DNA of 64,000 bases from Trypanosoma brucei (Eukaryota): NCBI GenBank assembly GCA_000002445.1, contig CH464491.1:2464001-2528000 (forward strand), read 5' to 3'. Below the pieces are notes generated by a model. That model was given only the letters and a program-made list of their open reading frames with translations, was not told where the DNA came from and searched no databases. Numbering within the stretch: position 1 is the stretch's first letter; every line of letters starts with the position of its first letter. Of the stretch, positions 48,156 to 56,474 are shown piece by piece. A program made the translations under genes and the position numbers.

Positions 48156-49202
48156 ATGGAGTGGGTTCCGTGCACCGAGCAGACGGGGTCGGTGGGCTGC
48201 CGCGAGGGGCACTGCGCAACCTCTCTTCAAGAAAAAAGTACTGGAGAAGAATGGGTTTTGGTTGTTGGGGGATATTGCGAAGGGGAGCGCGACGGCGCGG
48301 TTATGGCAGCGCGAGCAGATGGACTGCCGATGCTACGATGGGTTCGGCTGGATAAGCCCAACATGACGTGGTTCGAATGTGATGGGGCTTCGCTAACGCA
48401 CGTAACTGGCGACACCGCCTACTTCTTTGGTGGATTAAACGAGCACATGAATCACAGTAATCAGTTACTCTGTCTTTCCCTGCATCAGGGGCAACAGGGT
48501 GATCTTTCCCTCGATGTGGTGAAGGTAGAGACAACAGGAGACGTCCCTCTTCCGCGCGCGAGGCATTCAGCTGGTAGTGCCGGGCGGTATTTCGTTGTGT
48601 TCGGTGGTGAAACGGAAGATGCTGAACAAAATAATGACGGATACATCCTGGACACCGACACAATGGTATGGACACGAATTCCAACAGGGCACCAGGTGCC
48701 CAATCCACGACTTCTCGCCGGCCCTCTTGTGTTCTACTCACCCCACGGGTGCATACTTTACGGTGGGGCACACTTTGTGAACGGCGATATAAGGAGTATG
48801 TCTGACGTGTGGAACCTGCACATCCCGCTGGGAGGCACATGGTTTAACGTTTCCTATGGGGACGGCGCCCCCGCCTGTCGCTTCCCGAGGTCGAATGGTC
48901 ACGCCGGTGGCGTTCTGGGGCGGGTTGGGGGAGAAACTGTAGTGTTGTTTGTTGGAGGAAAGGATGCCGCTGAGGGGTGTGACAGAGTAAAACAGGTGCA
49001 GCCTCCGAAATCTGCTGAAGACAAATTCCATCTTCGTCTGGTAGACCCCGTGTTGGCTGGTGGTGAGGGCCCGCACTGGCGGTACACACCAGCAGCGGTA
49101 GATACACGACGTGGCGTATTGCTTTTGGGTGGTCAGTGCCGTCATCCACAGGAGGTTGCTGCCTTCCTACTAAAGCAGACGGGTGTTACTTTGCAACGGT
49201 AA
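48156..49202 (+). CDS. kelch-repeat (galactose-oxidase-type beta-propeller) protein, 348 aa
   Basis: ATG ORF. It has repeated blades with GG doublets and conserved Trp/Tyr: WVLVVGGYCEG, AYFFGGLNEH, YFVVFGGETED...MVWTRIP, CILYGGAHF, VVLFVGGKD, VLLLGGQC. Confidence 0.8.
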   Translation: MEWVPCTEQTGSVGCREGHCATSLQEKSTGEEWVLVVGGYCEGERDGAVMAARADGLPMLRWVRLDKPNMTWFECDGASLTHVTGDTAYFFGGLNEHMNHSNQLLCLSLHQGQQGDLSLDVVKVETTGDVPLPRARHSAGSAGRYFVVFGGETEDAEQNNDGYILDTDTMVWTRIPTGHQVPNPRLLAGPLVFYSPHGCILYGGAHFVNGDIRSMSDVWNLHIPLGGTWFNVSYGDGAPACRFPRSNGHAGGVLGRVGGETVVLFVGGKDAAEGCDRVKQVQPPKSAEDKFHLRLVDPVLAGGEGPHWRYTPAAVDTRRGVLLLGGQCRHPQEVAAFLLKQTGVTLQR

Positions 49203-49537
49203 CAAATAATCAACAAGGTGGAATCAGTGGAGACAATTTGGAGAGATAGTGCAGTACTGCGCCCTACTGAATTCGGGGTTGTTTCGTTATTATCGTTTAC
49301 GTTTCGTACGCATTTCTTGTTTGTCTTCGCTTTTTTTGGATATGCGTGATGTGGCGCGTCGTTTTCACACAGCCTTTTTCCCTAATGTTAGCCCTCCAAA
49401 CCCTCACCCCCTCAATCTGAAGAAAAAGAGAGGGGCTTTCGTATCCTCAGGACTCGACCGCAAGTATGTCTTTAATTTTTTTTTGTATCATCCCTCATCC
49501 GTTCACCCGCACAAAGTGTTCCAAGGTGTCGATCATC

Positions 49538-50731
49538 ATGCAGATGTTGGCCCCTGGTGCTTTCTTCAACGCATTAAAGGTCCGGGGGGTTACACACTTT
49601 TTTGGAGTTCCTGACCCCATTCTAAAATATTTCTGTGCCTTCGTGGCAAGTCACACGACACCGAAGGAACACATCATCACAGCAAACGAAGGGAATGCAG
49701 TGGCCATGGCTGCAGGTTACCATCTTGCAACTGGGGGACTCCCTTTGGTGTACATGAAAAACAGTGGCTTAGGCGATGCACTCAATCCCCTGATCTCTCT
49801 CACACACGCTGAGGCGTGCAGCATTCCCATGTTTATAGTCGTTGGTTGGCGAGGAGCTCCTGATGCTGGAAATGAGCTACCGTGTGCCGCAGAAGGGCGC
49901 TTGACCGAAGGAATCCTACGTGCTGCTGAGGTCCCGTATATCATTTTATCTTCTGCTTGTGGAAACGGGGAGCAGTCGATGGAAACAGCTCTGGATATGG
50001 CACTGAAGCACGTGCATAATTCAAGGACGCCCTATGCCTTTTTGGTACCACCAAACTTTTTTGAGGAATGCGCTTACGAAGGGGTTGGAGAAGGTATTGC
50101 TGAGCTTCCCATGACTCGCAGGGAGGCGGTTGAACAAGCACTGCGCCAAATAGACCGGGGAGATATAGTTGTGGGCGCCGCAAGCTTCCTTGCTCGTGAA
50201 ATCTTTGAAGTTCAGGAGTGTGCCGGGATGCGACACGGCCCACAATTCTTCCCAGTCGGCAGCATGGGTCATTGTTCTTCCGTAGCAGCGGGTATAGCAT
50301 TGGCCAAACCAGAAAGGCAAGTGTTTTGCTTTGATGGAGATGGCGCATTCCTTATGCACATGGGTTCATCAGCAACCATCGGCGGTGTAGCCGCCATACA
50401 TTTAATAGGTACGGGCGAAACTTCCCTCATGCGCAACTACAAACATGTCGTTTTCAACAACGGATCCCACGATTCGGCAGGTGGTCAACCCACTGTGTCT
50501 TTTGATGTATCCCTCACGCAAGTGGCGAGTGCGTGTGGTTTTAGGACTGTCCGCGAAGAACCCGTAATGGACCTTGGCGAAACTGTGCGGGCCCTTCAGG
50601 AATTAAAGAAGGCGGAAGGGCCCGCGTTCTTGGAAGTATTTGTGCGAAGGGGCGGCCATTCAAACCCACAATGTGAACTTCCCTCTTTAGATGAGAGCAA
50701 ACAAGCTCTCACTAACTGCTTGAGGGGCTAG
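49538..50731 (+). CDS. thiamine-diphosphate enzyme, phosphonopyruvate decarboxylase-like (about 397 aa)
   Basis: The first ATG at 49466 lies in pyrimidine-rich sequence, and homology begins at ATG 49538 (MQMLAPGAFFNALKVRGVTHFFGVPDPILKYF). ANEGNAVAMAAGYHLATGGLPLVYMKNSGLGDALNPLISL is collinear with bacterial Ppd/AepY as recalled. The C-terminal ThDP motif is GDGAFLMHMGS...NNGSHDSAGGQP. Confidence 0.8.
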   Translation: MQMLAPGAFFNALKVRGVTHFFGVPDPILKYFCAFVASHTTPKEHIITANEGNAVAMAAGYHLATGGLPLVYMKNSGLGDALNPLISLTHAEACSIPMFIVVGWRGAPDAGNELPCAAEGRLTEGILRAAEVPYIILSSACGNGEQSMETALDMALKHVHNSRTPYAFLVPPNFFEECAYEGVGEGIAELPMTRREAVEQALRQIDRGDIVVGAASFLAREIFEVQECAGMRHGPQFFPVGSMGHCSSVAAGIALAKPERQVFCFDGDGAFLMHMGSSATIGGVAAIHLIGTGETSLMRNYKHVVFNNGSHDSAGGQPTVSFDVSLTQVASACGFRTVREEPVMDLGETVRALQELKKAEGPAFLEVFVRRGGHSNPQCELPSLDESKQALTNCLRG

Positions 50732-50810
50732 TAATATCAGAGTACGCGGAGGGTGAGAAACGGCATATATGTGGATCAACACCTCGTTTGAGCGCTATTA
50801 AACGGGTATC

Positions 50811-50821
50811 GGGGGGGGGGG
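50811..50821. repeat. G11 homopolymer in the Ppd-COQ2 spacer
   Basis: Direct count. Confidence 0.95.
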
Positions 50822-51132
50822 ACCTGTGGGGAAACAAAAGAGGAAGTCGCTTTATTTTCTCACAATCAAACCCAAACAATTTGGTAGTACCAATGGAAAG
50901 GGAGGAGGAGCGAGTGAACGCAAGTAGTGAAGTAGAAGGGATGAACCCAACCAACAAGTCAAATGTTATCTTCCACTGTTACCCCTCATCTCTCTAGTAA
51001 GTGACGCTCCGACGTGGCTGGGGTGAAGACAGAAGTTCTGCTCCGTACCGGCTGAAGTGCGTAGGAAAGGCAAAACTAACAAGCATTTCTCAAGCGGCCC
51101 GCAATAGAAACATCGCTGAAAAGAAAGGGGGA

Positions 51133-52605
51133 ATGTTAAGGCGTACAATTTTCCTGGGAAGGGTAACCCGCTCTTGGACCAAAGGATCTATAGTTAAGGC
51201 ATCGGCCCATTTCCCAGATTCTGTGAGGGCTGATCCCGCAGAAAGACGTAATGAAGACTCGTCTCCGAAGGAAAGCCGCACATGGTCTCTTCATGACGGC
51301 CCGTGCAGCGAACCTCTTCACGTTCCCAAACATATTCAATGGGCAACACAGAAGGTGAGAGTTTGGGGGCAACTAATGCGAGTGGATAAGGCTGCTGCAA
51401 TAAACCTCCTGCTTCAACCTTGTTACTGGGGAGCCAGTCTAGCAGTAACTCGGGCCATCGTCTGGGAGGGGGCGGATCCTGTCGTTTTGTTCGCTCCTTT
51501 CATTCCCGTACATTTGATCGTCCTGTTCGGCGCTGGTGCCTTTTTGGCTCGGGGTGCGGGTTGTATTATTAACGACATGTGTGACAGAAAGTTCGACCGA
51601 ATGGTAGAACGCACCAAAACACGGCCGCTTGCTAGCGGTGTTGTCAGCATGAAGGAGGCATCAGGCCTTCTCATAACAGTAGCTGGTTTTGCGCTTGTTA
51701 TTGCACTAAACCTGTCGCCCATGGCACTTGCTTCGGCGGTAGCGTTAGCTCCCATCGCGGCAGTTTATCCGCTCATGAAGCGTATAACCTACATGCCTCA
51801 GCTCGTTCTGGGACTTTGCTTCAACGGCGGCATTTTTGTTGGGTATGCTGCCGTGCTAAACCGCATTGATTTGGCCGTTACGCTTCCTATCTACTGCTCA
51901 GCCGTCGTGTGGACAGTTTTGTATGATACCATCTATGCGTACCAAGACAGGGCGGACGACCTGAAATGCGGTGTGAAGAGCTCGGCTATTCTTATTGGTG
52001 ACAGGAAGCATATTCTCACTTTCATGATACTCCCCATCGGCATGGGTATTCTTATTTCGGGATTGATGGTCTCACAGTCGCTTCCGTTTTACATCGGTGT
52101 CCTCTGTTGCGTTTGGTACCTTCAGGGTGTCGTTGATAACGTCAACATATACGATGCGTGGTCATGTGGTATGGGATTCCGCAGGAACGTACGATTTGCC
52201 ATCCTGGTTACTTTTTCTCTCTGCCTTGGAAACGTGTTGTGGGCACTCGCATCTGAGCACCAACCGGAAAAGGACGCCGCGAGCAACGCCATATCGGAAA
52301 AGTCGGCCTTGATGAAATTCCTTCTTTTGAATAAGGAAGCGGAACCCATGTCGTACAGCGTGCAAGATATTCGTTGGGTAGACCGTTTTGCGCATCCGGC
52401 ATTCGTGGCAGCGCAGAAGGCTCAACACGAGGGAGAGGAAAAAACGGTGGTGGTGCCGGCGTGGATGCGGCGTGAGTACCTGGGTGAGAATGTAGGGACT
52501 ATCATGCGCTTTTTTGGCGTTGACGAGGAAGCAATCCAAACTTGGCAAAAGTGGTGGTACGCGCAACTTGACCACTACAACATGTTCTCCAGCATCGCCG
52601 TTTAG
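51133..52605 (+). CDS. COQ2: 4-hydroxybenzoate polyprenyltransferase (COQ2, UbiA family) with a C-terminal extension (about 490 aa)
   Basis: The track start at 51001 is GTG; the first ATG is 51133 (MLRRTIFLGRVTRSW, presequence-like). UbiA Asp-rich motifs NDMCDRKFDRMVERTKTRPLASG and YAYQDRADD. There are multiple hydrophobic helices, followed by about 120 aa of soluble Trp-rich tail. Confidence 0.88.
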   Translation: MLRRTIFLGRVTRSWTKGSIVKASAHFPDSVRADPAERRNEDSSPKESRTWSLHDGPCSEPLHVPKHIQWATQKVRVWGQLMRVDKAAAINLLLQPCYWGASLAVTRAIVWEGADPVVLFAPFIPVHLIVLFGAGAFLARGAGCIINDMCDRKFDRMVERTKTRPLASGVVSMKEASGLLITVAGFALVIALNLSPMALASAVALAPIAAVYPLMKRITYMPQLVLGLCFNGGIFVGYAAVLNRIDLAVTLPIYCSAVVWTVLYDTIYAYQDRADDLKCGVKSSAILIGDRKHILTFMILPIGMGILISGLMVSQSLPFYIGVLCCVWYLQGVVDNVNIYDAWSCGMGFRRNVRFAILVTFSLCLGNVLWALASEHQPEKDAASNAISEKSALMKFLLLNKEAEPMSYSVQDIRWVDRFAHPAFVAAQKAQHEGEEKTVVVPAWMRREYLGENVGTIMRFFGVDEEAIQTWQKWWYAQLDHYNMFSSIAV

Positions 52606-52817
52606 TGTCAAGACATGCTGCTAGCAGAGGGGAACATGGAAAAGCAACTGCGACTTGTGGGATTTGTCTTCATTGGACGGTCTGGGATTTGTTACTGAAA
52701 GAAGGTAAGAGATGGTTCAACAGCAGTCAAATAAACAAAATATATATATGTACATCGTTACCCCCCGCTCCCTCTCTACCCCCATTTTTCAGCACGGTCA
52801 GAAATACATGTGTCTGT

Positions 52818-53233
52818 TTTGAATTGGCATGAAGAGGAAGGAGATACTGATGAAGCATCTTATTCAGTGGGGTGTCGTATCACCGCCACACGTACAGTTA
52901 TCAACTTACCAACCTCACTCTCACTCTCACATCCACATATAATTTCCACACAACAAATAATGGGATTCACATTTCTTCCTGCCATCAGCTCGCTTTCCTT
53001 ATCCATTCAGGCGCCATCCTATCACATGGGCAGCGTGTAACGGAGATATACCTCCAAAGCTTTACGTTTATTCGCATGTCTCACGCTCTATGGTTTAACT
53101 GACCCGTTTGGATGATCAAAAGGGCAGCAGAACATGGCAGCTGCAGGGAAATATTTGTCAGCCCTTGCACTGATGCATACTCGCCTACAATTGACCGACT
53201 TTACACCAATACCTCGATTGCGCTAAGGTCTGT
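52818..53233. repeat. inverted-repeat arm B (416 bp), reverse complement of 24452-24867
   Basis: See arm A. It lies in the spacer between the COQ2 stop (52605) and the next ATG (53432). Confidence 0.97.
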
Positions 53234-53431
53234 ATGTGCTTGCAAGAATACTTTTTTTAGTAAACTACTCCGCTTCTCTTTTCATCTTTTTTTTTTGTGT
53301 CTCATTTTACCAGGTTACGGAGTAGGAGACTGATTGGGCCCACCATTGCGGAGATTATACATATCCTCGCTTCGCTGTGAGTCTGAAAGGGGACTCGGGT
53401 AACTTGTGAACACACAAGCCTCCTTTTTGAC

Positions 53432-55294
53432 ATGGAGAATGTGGTTATGGAAGCGGGGGAGGGAGGTTCTAAGTCGAATGCCCCGCAGAATGATGATGCA
53501 AGTGTCATGAATGCCTTGTACGAGCCGCCCCCTCCATTAGCTTCTGACGGTGTGGATGATGCCTTCATTGGCATGGCGTTAGAGGAATGTAGTTTACGGG
53601 ATGTTTATTCGTACAGCTGCCACAGATTTGGGGTCCGACCCAACGAAAACATCCTGCGGCAACTCCCTCCTGTTGCTGGTGATGAATGGGTTAGAAAAAT
53701 AAAGGTACTCGACTTTTCCGCGGTGTACCTTGGTGGTAAAGGGTGCCTTTCGCTCGTACCAATAATTGAACGTTGCACGGAGGCAACACATTTGATGATG
53801 CCCAACGTTGGCTTAACACACGAAGCGGCCGCGCCTCTTTTTGAAGTCATGCGGTACCACCCCAGTGTGTCGTGGATGGACGTATCGAAAAATCGCCTGA
53901 ACGATGATGTGGGTCGCTGGATTCTCAACGCCGTGATCGAAAACCCGAGGATAAGGTTCGTTCTTCTCCGAGATGCGGGTATTAGTCCACCGCTTCTGCA
54001 AAAAATCGAAAACCGTTTGCACGAACGAATGTATGGAACGGTGGAGGCTATAACTCCATCCATTCGCGTAACTTACGCCGAAGGATTTTCTCAACTGTTT
54101 GAATCCTCCCTTGGAACTGGTGCGAATGACACCGCAAGGGTTCCGGTGCATTACGTTCCCCCATCCGTGGCTGCAGGTCTTGTGGAATTACGACACCAAC
54201 TGTATCGCAATGCCGAATCCATGCGGTGCGTTTACAACTGTTTTACCCACAACCTCACACCGGAGTCGGGAGGGTGCGCAAGCGACGCAGGGACAGACGC
54301 AGAAGAATTACCGGAAACAAACAGTGAGGCCGGATTCGGCGCCCCTCACCCTGATCGCTGCTCGTGGCGGTCGTTTTTCTGTGGGCTACGCCTGCTTGGT
54401 GTCCGCGCCGTCTGCAAGTCCCTTGAAGATAGCGTGGCCTTCGCCAACTTATGCGGCATATGTAATGTTGAGACCGTACTTTTTGGAAAACTTATCCAGC
54501 TTTTGAGGCCGCATGTGGCGATTAAAGATGAGATGACGCCGGAATCACCGCCTGTGCGCGGGAACACTATTCCAAATCAGTTTGCCGACGTCTCGCCTCC
54601 GTTGGATGTGCAGCAGGGGGCATCGATGGATGCAGAAGAGATTCCATCAAGGGATCTAAGCGGCAACATGCGCGCAGCTACGCCTGAAATGGGGAAACCA
54701 CAAGCAGATACACCGTCTGTTCCTACCCAAGAGGCTGCCCGTATGGCCTCCGAAGCGAGATGCTCGCCACTCACCCTGAGGCCGCTGCATTGCACACTTC
54801 ACGAAAAAAGGTCGTCTTTAGGCCCATCCCTTTTGGACACATTCGTGACGACCCCGAGCATTGCTGGAGTGCATGCCAGTGGGCCCTTGGAGGCGCGGCT
54901 TCGGCTGGATCGTACGTTTGATTCACGGAACAAGCAGACTGTTGTGGACCAACTGTATGATGAACGTGTCACTCTTAGCGAAGTCTTCAAAAAAACAGGT
55001 GGCGAAGACCCTGATGCAAGTGCCCCATCTTACCTAGTGGATATAGATGAGGTGATTAAGCACGCCGTCTCTCGCGTAGGTGAGTCGAATCGGGAAATTG
55101 TGAAATCTTTGGTGGAGCCATGGGCTGTTGGCGTTGAGGATCGAGTGCTCGTGAATACTGAAGGTTGGTTAAGCTCCATGTACGTTCCCCAATTAGAGGC
55201 GTCAACGCTAATGCCGTTCTCGTTTTCTGAAGAAAAGCTTATCTGGGCCGGTGTCACGGTGGAGGAATTACGAGAGTCAGTTGACTTATGGTGA
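53432..55294 (+). CDS. leucine-rich-repeat (RNI-type) protein, 620 aa; last gene of the + strand cluster
   Basis: ATG ORF. The N-terminal third has RNI-like LRRs (KVLDFSAVYLGGKGCLSLVPIIERCTEATHLMMPNVGLTHEAAAPLFEVMRYHPSVSWMDVSKNRLNDDVGRWILNAV). The remainder is unassigned. Confidence 0.7.
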   Translation: MENVVMEAGEGGSKSNAPQNDDASVMNALYEPPPPLASDGVDDAFIGMALEECSLRDVYSYSCHRFGVRPNENILRQLPPVAGDEWVRKIKVLDFSAVYLGGKGCLSLVPIIERCTEATHLMMPNVGLTHEAAAPLFEVMRYHPSVSWMDVSKNRLNDDVGRWILNAVIENPRIRFVLLRDAGISPPLLQKIENRLHERMYGTVEAITPSIRVTYAEGFSQLFESSLGTGANDTARVPVHYVPPSVAAGLVELRHQLYRNAESMRCVYNCFTHNLTPESGGCASDAGTDAEELPETNSEAGFGAPHPDRCSWRSFFCGLRLLGVRAVCKSLEDSVAFANLCGICNVETVLFGKLIQLLRPHVAIKDEMTPESPPVRGNTIPNQFADVSPPLDVQQGASMDAEEIPSRDLSGNMRAATPEMGKPQADTPSVPTQEAARMASEARCSPLTLRPLHCTLHEKRSSLGPSLLDTFVTTPSIAGVHASGPLEARLRLDRTFDSRNKQTVVDQLYDERVTLSEVFKKTGGEDPDASAPSYLVDIDEVIKHAVSRVGESNREIVKSLVEPWAVGVEDRVLVNTEGWLSSMYVPQLEASTLMPFSFSEEKLIWAGVTVEELRESVDLW

Positions 55295-56293
55295 GGTTTA
55301 CTCTCTTTTGTTATTCACTAGAAGGATATGTGTAGTATATATTTCCCTATGTGAGTCGCTTATTTGCATACCGGTGAAGCGGTTCCTTATGGTGTCAGCG
55401 CCGATGCAGCAACACACGCCAAGACGACACCGCTCTGGTCGCTGGTGCTTTTTTTTTTTTTACTTCTATTTTTCTTTGCCCTCTGCGGCTACCAAAGGAG
55501 CCATCACAATTAGCAAAGGTAGAACTTAGTTGGCCGTACGGCGGGAAAGGTTGTGTGGTAGAATTGGTGTTGAATGTCCGGTGTTTTTCCAATATGTACG
55601 ATGCCGCGCAGAGGCGCAGTGAACCAGCAAAACTGTGGGGGACAAAAAGGAATATACTGATCTGCAAAAGGTCTCGGCTGACGTTTTACCACTTTTTGTG
55701 TACGGATGCGCCGAGACCGAGGTTGCAGTAAAACGTGGCACATAGGGAAAACGACAAAGAGCAATGCGAGCAGCCCCAATTGCAGGTCGCAGGCGCTCTA
55801 AGAAATAAAAGGAAGAGAATAGTGAGCAAGGCAATTCGGAAGCGTGGACCGGCGGGAAGTGCTCCGCGAGGAAAAAAAAATAAAGGCACGACTCAACAAA
55901 TCCACCTAAAAGTGCGGAGGAGAGCAGGATGGAATACATCAACTGCAACATTTATGGAACACAACACCAAGTCCAATTGCTTCCTGAAACAATTTTTTGG
56001 CGCTTGTGTAGAAAAGTGGAGCTGGAGCGGTGGAAACTCGCATGTGACTACATACTGCGATAAGTCATTAGTGAAAGGGAATTTGGGGTGGAGAGTGCAT
56101 ATGGGCAAAAATAGGTTTCCACAACAATTAAACACAAGATTGTTGATTGTTAGCAGTCGTCGCACTACCCGCTTGTGTGCAACAACTTGGCTGTGATATG
56201 GAAATGCTGTGAGCCGACGAGGTCGGGGGAGCGGATGCCAGTTTGGGGGGGCGAATCCCTTTCTTGATTTCCTCTGCCTGGCGCAAGAATGCA

Positions 56294-56313
56294 CCCCCCC
56301 CCCAAAAAAAAAA
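56294..56313. repeat. C10A10 homopolymer pair
   Basis: Direct count: C at 56294-56303 and A at 56304-56313. Confidence 0.95.
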
Positions 56314-56459
56314 GAAAACAGCTGGGGAAGCCGAGAAACACCACTGCCCAGGAGAGTATCAACGAGAAAGACAATCTCGCAAGGTTTAAATCCGACTAAT
56401 AACATTGTTGACAGCAACCCCTTTCTGATGTTCAGCAATTGTAATGTGTCTCTCGGCCC

Positions 56460-56474
56460 GGGGGGGGGGGGGGG
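56460..56474. repeat. G15 homopolymer at the skew switch point of the strand-switch region
   Basis: Direct count. Confidence 0.95.

Noticed and set aside
24452-53233. Interpreting the two arms as terminal inverted repeats of a giant composite transposon.
   Set aside because: The interior consists only of conserved housekeeping genes in the same orientation as the flanking cluster. There is no transposase, integrase or RT ORF, and I could see no target-site duplication.
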